The notes beneath the pieces are model-generated. The model was not told the origin of the DNA. It saw nothing but the letters and a program-made list of their open reading frames with translations, and made no database searches. A DNA stretch of 64,000 bases from Eledone cirrhosa (Eukaryota): contig OZ024744.1 in assembly GCA_964016885.1 (NCBI GenBank), positions 69,378,001 to 69,442,000 on the forward strand, given 5' to 3'. The position numbers and the translations under genes were made by a program. Shown here one piece after another: positions 55,094-64,000 of the stretch. How positions within the stretch are numbered: position 1 is the first letter of the stretch; every line of letters begins with the position of its first letter.

Positions 55094-55187
55094 GCTAAAA
55101 ATGGCAACCAAATATCCATCAAAATCATATTCTGTAAGACTTTAAAAAAGAAAAAAATGTATTCATTTTAGTTCACTTTAGATAATA

Positions 55188-56123
55188 CTGGCAGAATGGC
55201 CCGGCGTTACTTGGGATTCGAAACATAGATTGGCATGTTTATCCCTCCTTTCTGAAACAGTACAGAGAAGTACGGAATACCTCGGCCTCGGGATGGTGTC
55301 TACATTTTGTGCTTATAAAAAAAATTCGCCGTAGATTACCAGGAGTTTAACTTAATTGGCTGCCTGAGAGTAAAATGTTCAACTCACGAAAGCCAAGACA
55401 ATAGGTTTAACTAAAAAGCCATTCGACAAACCGAACATGTATTTGTTGTGCTATGGTACACTGAAAGCAATAGTTACAGAGCAGTAAGTATGTGGGACTG
55501 AAGTGGTGGAGAGCGTGAAAGAATTTAGTTGGATACTTTTAATGTTTATAGGCCCTAACGCAACCAAAATGCTAAACAATGCCGGCCCCGAGCAAAAGTT
55601 TGAAATCTTTTTCAGTCAAGAAAATTTCTGAAGCATAAGTAATGCATATGCAAATTTTTTAAAAAATTGGTTGGGTGTTTCTCGAGTTACAGGCCCTAAT
55701 GCAACCAAAATGCTTTTTAAAATCGGTTTTTCGCCTAATGCAAATTTTTTAAAAAATTGGTTGGGTACTTCTCGAGTTACAGGCCCTAATGCAACCAAAA
55801 TGCTTTTTAAAATCGGTTTTAGGGCAAAAAATGAGAAAATCTTTTTTGCTCAAAATACTTTAAACGACATAAGTAATGCAAATTTTGAAGAAATCGCCTG
55901 GATTATTGTTTCGTTTTGCCTAAAAAAAAAAAAGCCTTTAAAGCCTAAAATATGCGGTTTTTCGCCTAATGAGGTCCCAAGGGCATTGAAAATTTGAAAT
56001 ATTTTTTTCTCAAAACACTCACACGACCATAAGTATTACATGTGTAAAGTTTGAAAAAAATCGGTTACGTGGTTCTCGAGTTTTAGGGAGACAGACAGAC
56101 ATTCTCTATTTTAGATATATAGA
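55188..56123 (-). mobile_element. Non-autonomous Helitron with internal tandem repeats
   Basis: Minus strand A|TCTATATATC start, (TGTC)n, 3' hairpin CCCAAGTAACGCCGGG, CCAG|T end; about 90-bp internal duplication 55648-55820. Confidence 0.8.
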
Positions 56124-56416
56124 TGATCCTAAATATACTATGCGCTGAAAAAGAAAATAAATGATCAAATCTGAAACAAATCATGACATGAATATGTTGG
56201 TTTCTTGTAGAACTGAAGTTAAACGACAACAACCAAATTTCCTTCAAATAACACTTTACTCACTTGAAAACGGACAGACAAATTAGATGACTAGACATTT
56301 TTTCAACACGCTGACGTATATGTGTATATATATATATGTGTGTGTGTGTGCGTGTGTGTATGTAGATTGTACACGCAAGTGTAGTTAATGTTAAACGCTG
56401 TTTTCTAAAGGAAGGG

Positions 56417-56620
56417 GTGATGACGTCATCACATCTTCCTTCCTCAATCTTCTCTAGAGTGGGGCGTCATCACCTCTTCCTTCCTCTGTCATCTCTAGTG
56501 CGTGACGTGATCACTCCTTCCTTCCACAATCATCTCTAGTGCTTGATGTCATCATCTCATCCTTCCTCAGTTATCTCTAGTGCGTGACGTCATCACTCCT
56601 TCCTTCCTCAGTCATCTCTA
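56417..56620. repeat. Five about 41-bp tandem units containing TGACGTCA-like and TTCCTTCC motifs
   Basis: Consensus GTGCGTGACGTCATCACTCCTTCCTTCCTCAGTCATCTCTA. Confidence 0.85.
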
Positions 56621-57004
56621 TTGTGTGACGGAAGGACCGACGGGCGAATACCGCTCAACTTTATATATAGTTCATGGTGATGAAGATGAGGAGGAGATGA
56701 TGATGGGTTCTCCGCCGATTTCAACGATGAGCATCCAGTTGATTGATCAAATAAACGTCCAACTCGTGAATTAAGGTGTAAGGCAGGATTAGCAGGATAT
56801 ATGAGACCAAGCTGGAATTTCAAATAGCGGGCTTCTAGAGAGTTTTTGTCTACTCAGTCTTTTCACTCATAAGGCTTAGGTCAGCTCGATGCTACGGAAA
56901 ATTTACTTGTCCGGGATCCGTGGTTGCGAAACAAACTTCTTTAAACACTAAACCATTCTTGCGTCCACGTATTAGATAATTTAATGCTGATGTCTAATAT
57001 TGAT

Positions 57005-57192
57005 GTCTAGGCACAAATAAGAGGAAATAGCAAAAGCTGATTAAATCGACCCCGGCATTTAACTGATACTTTATGCTATCGGCTCTGGGGAGATGAAAAG
57101 CAAAGTTGACTTCAGCGGGATTTGAACTCAGAAAGTAAAGAGCTAGAACAAACACCATCTGACGCTCTAGCAAGCCTGCCAGTGCACCACCT
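57005..57192 (-). mobile_element. Old SINE copy
   Basis: GATTAAATCGACCCC..GATGAAAAGCAAAGTTGAC..GGATTTGAACTCAGAA. Confidence 0.75.
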
Positions 57193-59614
57193 TTAGATAA
57201 TTTAATATTAAATACAATATATCTACCAGTAATATATAACGGGAATAGATAACGAGAGGACTACGACTGAAATGTATTTGATCTCAGCCCTACACAATCA
57301 TGGCAACATCAATATCAACAAAAGCAGCAACAGCAGCAACACTAGTTTTTATAGTGAGAAGAGAAAAGACCAGCGAATCTGATGTATCTGACTAGATGGT
57401 GGGTGGTGTAGGGCAGACCATCACATCAGGGGAGGGAGTCAAAAGCTATTGACATAGCGGTTTTCAGAAATCTCCCTTTTTGTGGTGAAGAGTGCTTGTG
57501 TGATGGGGGGGGGGGGGGGGGGAATCTAACATGTCTGGTATTGTTACATTCAGAATTTCTAAATTTAGAATGTAATATTTTTTTCATATTCCTTTTAATT
57601 CATACTTTCCTTTGTGAGGGTCACTATTTTGTATATGTGCAAGAGTTTGATCTTTTTGTTTTGTTATTTTTTCTGCATGGTACATGTATAGATGTGCGGT
57701 TAAGATGTTGGCGCCACAACCACCAATTCCAATTTACAGCGTTGCATGTTTGGTTAAATATCCACTGACAGAGCTTCAAAATCAACCGAAACTTTGTGAG
57801 GGGAATTTGGTTAAAATGAAATGTGTGCAAGCCTGTCAGAGAAACCGTTTTTATTATTGTGCTAGTCGTCTGTCCCGCAATGTAAAACCACCAACAACAA
57901 TTTCAGAAATTCTGAAAAACGATATGGGTGCTGTCTCTCCTCATCTGACATAAGGACTAAGTCATGAAAAACAACTACTGTACAAGCGTCGGCTGGTATA
58001 ACGGAATGTTACAACAGCAAACCGCAAAAATATCAGTTGGAGACGGTTGCTTCTAACAGGGCCTGCTGGAAGGGGTGTTTGGGGACTCTGCCCCTCTCAA
58101 GAAGAAGAAGAAGAAGAAGAAGAAGAAGAAGAAGAAGAAGAAGAAGAAGAAGAAGAAGAAGAAGGAGGAGGGGGAGGAGGAGGAGGAGGAGGAGGAGGAG
58201 GAGGAGAAGAAGAAGAAGAAGAAGAAGAAGAAGAAGAAGAAGAAGAAGAAGAAGAAGAAGAAGAAGAAGAAGAAGGTAAACATTTAGATAACTGGATATA
58301 TTCCAATATGGCTGATAAATTCCAAACTATCTATCTATTTGTTTATGGCAGAGTTAGCGAATCTTTTTCCCCTAACCTTTTAGAGAATGTAATATATTTC
58401 ATCAACCATATCTCCGTAAAGTGTTTTATTACTTGTCTCACTAGCTCTTTTTGATCACCAACTGTAAGGAGTACTCGATACTTCCCATAGTCTGACATGG
58501 CTTACTAGCTCTATACGGACGTTTAAATTGAATAAATAAATAAATGTATAGCGCATATTTGGGTATTTCTGGTCTTTCAATATTTGACACACTTGACCAG
58601 CTGACTCAGAGTAGGTGAAAACCCTACTTGGTTCCCATTGAAACCGACCATGGATCAGCCTTTTTAATCCTCCATTGAAAAGTTGATCAAATATTAGGCA
58701 TTGGAAATGAAATTATTATTGTTGTTATTATTATTGTCGTTATTAATTATTATTTGGTGGATTGGCAGTATCTGTGAGCCCCCATTTGCTCATAATAGTG
58801 AGAGATGGGGAAAGCGGAAGAGACGGAGGCAGTGACTGTGAGATTTTGGTTCCATTGTGTTCAGACCGGTGTAAATATATATATTCGCTGAATAAATTTT
58901 TAATAGAAAAAGAAAAAAAAATAGATTGAGAAGAAAGACTGGAATGTAAAATAAGAAAATATAAAAACGGAAAAGGAAAGGAAAAGTAAGGGCTCTAGTG
59001 TCACAGAAGAATGGGGAGGGGGACGGGAGAAGGGGATGGGTATCTAGGCCTAGGGGGCAGCGGTAATGGGGCTGCGCCTCTCGGACAAGACTGCAAAAAC
59101 ATTCCCGCGGACAATGACCAGGAACACCCGCAACGACAGCCACCCCACCTCGCTGTGCTCCATCCTCAGACGGACACCACACAACATTAACTATTTCATG
59201 AACAACGTAGATATGTATTCTTATAAGTGAACAGAAGAATAAAACTTAAAACTTTGTTGTGATGGTGGGTGGATATGTGAGATTCGAGATTCTTCAAGTA
59301 GCTGTGGTTCTAACCGTTTATGGAGGAAAGGATTTAGGAATGTGTAAGTTAAATTCCAGTGTCAATCTGTGAGATTAATTGAAAAGTATATTTTCAACTT
59401 CGTATGTCTAAAGATCAGAAACGCCACGAATTATCGCAATCTTATAGTATTTATATATATATATATATATATAGTATATGTTCGTTGTTTACCGACACCT
59501 CAGTATGCAGATTGGAGCACTCGACGAAGTACGCAGGTTAGTTTGTTTAATCTGGAGTAATGTAAACTAAGTAAGTCAAACATGTAAAATGTGGCTTCGT
59601 TTATTATAAATTCT

Positions 59615-59667
59615 CTGCTATATATATTTCGGTGACAGCTATTATTGGTTGTGACCTCTTCAGGCAG
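59615..59667 (-). ncRNA. Type I hammerhead ribozyme in PLE 3' repeat
   Basis: CTGC-CTGAAGA-GGTCACA..TGTCACC-GAAA-TATATA-TA-GCAG; AATAAA follows. Confidence 0.78.
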
Positions 59668-61067
59668 TCCGAATTGGTGTGGAAAAGACAGGAACACACG
59701 TTATTGAAGTGTGTTCCACTCTGTCAATACATCGATATTTCCAGCTCCTGGGTGTGTTGTTAGTCCTCCGAGGAACTGCAATCATATGCGCTAGAACAAA
59801 CGAATTTCAGCGTCAGAGAATACGCTCGTATCCCATTGGTCAGTTGTCATACCACTCCTCAGTCGAAAGTCTATAGAAATTCTTCTGAGGCAGCTCAGCC
59901 TGTTATAGTTGTTTTCATCAGAATGTTTAAGTACAGCTGACCTCCTTCACTGTGTTGGTACTGGTAGTGGTGTTAAGAGGTCAGCTAGCAGGTCAACCTT
60001 AGTATGCTGCTGCTATGGTCTGAAGAATTTATGTGTGTAGACTGGCATCTATCCTGCCACCATTTCACGTGGTGGGAGAGGCCAAACAAATAAACAATGC
60101 GTGTGTGTTACAACCAATATCAAAAATTCAGAAAAATATAAACTGAAATAAAAAACCTGTGTCAGAATTGAGAAGTGTAAAGAATTACAATTCTTATTCT
60201 AGCATAGAGTACGTACGTGTGATTGTCCGTCAACGCACACCGTTGCGCGTGCACACGTGTAAACACAGGCTCGGGTGCATTCACCTATTTACGTCCACAC
60301 AGTCCAACAAAAGATGGGTGCGTTTTAAAAACAAATGATGTAAAAGTGGAGTGAAAAATAAAATACCAAAATCCCTGTGTGTCAAAATTCAGAAGTGTAA
60401 AGGACTACAATTCTTATTTCAGCATAAAGTACATATGCGTGTATGTTCGTCAACGCACACCGTTGCACGCACACACGCACAAAAACAGGCTCAGGTGCAT
60501 TCCCATATTACGTCTACACAGTCATACACACGCATACATTCACGCATACACACAGTTCCATATACGCTCGCATATGGATACACTCACACGGACACAGAGT
60601 CAAAAGTCATCGCTGAAGGTGGGGAGAGGGGTAAGTGGTGGTAATAGGCGCGTCCTATTTACTTGTGGTATTTATCACTGACTCATGCGTGTGAAGGGGG
60701 TCGGGTTCGAGGCAGGATATCCTCCGGGTATTCGGGTCATAAGCCGAGGTTGGGTGTTGGGCCCCGCTGGTCGGAGGTTGGGGCGACTGTTTGCACAGAG
60801 GATAGGACTCCACCGACGTACTTCGTCTATTTATATCATCTAGTCTCAGCTAACTTGAGTTCTGGTTAAGGAAGTGAGGGAGAGGGGTTGACCACAGCGG
60901 TGTGAGGCACGGTTCTGGCTGCTAGGTAGGTGTGTTGCTATAGGAGTCGATCGAGGCGGGAGTAGAGGTGGAGATAGAGGCGGGAGTAGGGTGTGGTTTA
61001 CCTTGGGTTGGGTGTGACGGGGCTGCTGTCTCTATAGCTTGAGGGAAGTTCCCATCCGAATGGGTTG

Positions 61068-61900
61068 TTATCCATATAGGTTGAGGGAAGTTCCGGCCCT
61101 AAAGTGTCTACATGTACCAAAGAAGTCGGTCCTGAGGTTTATTAGGCTACTCCCACCACTTAGTATCTCGAGGGTCTCGCTCAGACAGAGGTTGCAGTTG
61201 CCAGAACCTCCTCTATCAGGTGGCACTTTCCTGATTTTGGACCAGGTCAGAGAGTACAGGGTCCTGTCCAGCTTGACTTTCCAGATCAGTTCGGAAAGAA
61301 CCGTACTTTTCTTTTTGTCCTCCCTATTAAAGGAACGGCGATGGTTATACCATCTGTCTTTGAAGCTCGTTGATGTGGCTCCTATGTAAAGGTGCTCAGA
61401 GTTGGGTTTTTTTTCTCTACATCCGTATACTAAGTTCTTCATCAGGCATTCATTACTAAGGTAGTATAATGTGGGGATTCTGCAGTTGCAGGAGGTGGTC
61501 GACCCCTGGTTGCCTATTGTGGGGTTCCCGTTGCGTAGTAGAGGGTGGTCTACCCCTGGGCCCAGTGGCGGGTCCCTGGGTCTGTTTGGGTTCCCAGGGT
61601 GGGTTCCTGGTTCACCATTTCTTCCCTCCACATGGCTCTGCTGGGTGCCTATATTGTCAGCTGCTGGCTGTGTGTGGATTCTAAGTCTACTCCTATTGAT
61701 GCTAGCTATGTGCTGGGCTTCGTTGCGCGTGGTAGAATACGAGAGCATCACCGTGTGTCTGTTGAAGATTTTGTGGTATATGTGGTCCCTGGGGAAGCAT
61801 TTATATAGTGCTCTAAAGAATGACCGAGCCAGGCTGGTCTTCAGGCCCGCTAAGTAGGGTGGGTGTACCACGTAATATTTCCTAGTCTATTCCTATGTGG
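61068..61900 (-). CDS. Penelope-like linker and GIY-YIG endonuclease (partial)
   Basis: PPY..KTSLARSFF..FP..KIFNRHTVMLSYS; CNCR..CLMKNLVY..YIGATSTSFKDRWYNHRRSF..LSELIW..CNLCLSE. Confidence 0.9.
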
Positions 61901-63093
61901 GTGGGTTGAGCATGCTGTGGAGTGTTGGGGATTTGTTGGGTTGCTACTGGTTCCCGCATTGTTGCTTCCCCTTTGGGTGCTATCTATGTGTTTTGCTAGC
62001 TTCTCGGCCCGTACCTGTGGGATGGTGTGTGCCCACGCTGAGAGTTCTACAATAGGATGATTCCCCATCAGTTCCGCTTCGAGTCTTGCGGTTGGGGCCG
62101 TCGGGCCCGGGGTTGTTAGTATAATCCCTGAGACCATGGCTAGGCGTACGCGTCCTTTTGACCCTGTGTCCGTGTAAGTGTATCCACATGCGAGCGTATA
62201 TGGAACTGTGTGTATGCGTGCATGTATGCGTGTGTATGACTGTGTAGACGTAATATGGGAATGCACTTGAGCCTGTTTTTGTGCGTGTGTGCGTGCAACG
62301 GTGTGCGTTGACGAACATACACGCATATGTACTTTATGCTGAAATAAGAATTGTAGTCCTTTACACTTCTGGATTTTGACACACAGGGTTTTTGGTATTT
62401 TATTTTTCACTCCACTTTTACATCATTTGTTTTTAAAACGCACCCATCTTTTGTTGGACTGTGTGGACGTAAATAGGTGAATGCACCCGAGCCTGTGTTT
62501 ATACGTGTGCACGCGCAACGGTGTGCGTTGACGGACAATCACACGTACGTACTCTATGCTAAAATAAGAATTGTAATTCTTTACACTTCTCGATTCTGAC
62601 ACAGGTTTTTTATTTCAGTTTATATTTTTCTGAATTTTTGATATTGGTTGTAATACACACGTATTATTTATTTGTTTGGCATCCCCCATCACGTGAAATG
62701 GTGGCAGGATAGATGCCAGTCTACACACATAAATTCTTCAGACCATAGCAGCAGCATACTAAGGTTGACCTGCTAGCTGAGCTCTTAACACCACTACCAC
62801 TACCAACACAGTGAAGGAGGTCAGCTGTACTTAAACATTCTGATGAAAACAACTATAACAGGCTGAGCTGCCTCGGAAGAATTTCTATAGACTTTCGACT
62901 GAGGAGTGGTATGACAACTGACCAATGGGATACGAGCGTATTCTCTGACGCTGAAATTCGTTTGTTCTAGCGCATATGATTGCAGTTCCTCGGAGGACTA
63001 ACAACACACCCAGGAGCTGGACATATCGATGTATTGACAGAGTGGAACACACTTCAATAACATATGTACATGTCTTTTCCACACCAATTCGGA

Positions 63094-63146
63094 CTGCCTG
63101 AAGAGGTCACAACCAATAATAGCTGTCCCCGAAATATATATAGCAG
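63094..63146 (+). ncRNA. Mirror hammerhead in the inverted arm
   Basis: Same fold as 59615-59667 with one extra stem II mismatch. Confidence 0.72.
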
Positions 63147-64000
63147 AGAATTTATAATAAACGAAGCCAAATTTTACATGTTTGATTTAGGCTGCAGCCG
63201 TCTATAACATTTCTATTTTTTGCTTTATCTTCGATTAGTTCATTCGATTGCAAACATTCAGACCAGGGTTACGGTTTAAGGATGCTCTCTTGTTCCTCTG
63301 TTACTAGTTTTGGCAGTGCCTATGACCCTGACAAAGTGATAAAAATAATCTACAGTGTAATTTGATTTCTACGCTATTGAGCCACTTAATCCCAGCGTTA
63401 GGTGGAGTTCATAAGCACTTCCATCACATCCTAACGAATTGGTTTTATTTCCGTATTGCAAATCTATTTTCTCCACATGTGAGAGTCTGGAAACACTAAC
63501 TGGATAATGAGTAAAATAACACCAATAATAATCAGATACACCAAACACGTCATTTTAAATCTTTTGAACCAGAACAAATGCCACAAAGCATCCTGCCTGA
63601 CGCCGAAGCAATTCTCCCAATCCACCACGTTAGATTGCTTCTTTATTTATCGACCCCAGGAGAATGAACCGTAAAATCGACCTCCGCGGAATTTGAACTG
63701 GAATAAATACCGCAAGGTATTTCGTCCGATGCTTTGACACTTCTGCTAAACTTCTTAATGTCTTCAATATAAGAACCAGTCATGCTAGTGGTCTTGGCCT
63801 ACCCTGTGCCGTGAAGACTCATAACCTTTTGGTTAGGGTGTTTCACTTATGATTGCAAAGTTATAAGTTTGATTCCCGGTAGTATATTGTGGTCCTTGAG
63901 CAAGACACTTTATTCCACGTTGCTTCAGACCACGCAGCTGGAAAAAACAAATATTATTTGTACCTGTAATTTAAAAGGATGTGTCACGCTGATTCTTCTT

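Larger units (their letters stand above)
59472..63189 (-). mobile_element. 5'-truncated Penelope-like element with about 1035-bp inverted terminal duplication
   Basis: Arms 59572-60606 and 62155-63189; GIY-YIG ORF between them; 100-nt tail to a TA tract on the left. Confidence 0.92.

Noticed and set aside
56417-56620. CRISPR-like array (also 52300-52535 and 55648-55820)
   Set aside because: Units are contiguous diverged tandem repeats without unique spacers; eukaryotic context and no cas genes.
58772-59185. Solo LTR (TG..CA) after a SINE head fragment
   Set aside because: No TSD and no second copy or internal domain in the window.

Overview
AT-rich, microsatellite-dense eukaryotic DNA, probably intronic or intergenic. 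The tRNA-derived SINE family and the repeat landscape resemble octopod cephalopod genomes (inferred from recall, not searched). No intact host gene is supported, and most ORF-track entries are microsatellite artefacts. Transposon content: a mariner remnant, R4/Dong-type RLE LINEs, RTE, Tx1/L1 and CRE fragments, non-autonomous Helitrons, hAT/piggyBac/Tigger-like MITEs, many SINEs and several Penelope-like element (PLE) GIY-YIG fragments. The main signal is about a dozen fold-back insertions from unrelated families, mostly sitting in (TA)n tracts. They share a PLE-type architecture (inverted copy of the 3' terminus, one arm with an extra tail), and many carry type I hammerhead ribozyme (HHR) folds with palindromic stem III. 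Four unrelated HHRs have a compensated U3-A8 core (UUGANAA) instead of C3-G8, and several have very long stem II inserts. One fold-back unit carries a tRNA-like cloverleaf on top of a 17-bp stem. All folds were paired by eye and none is experimentally shown.
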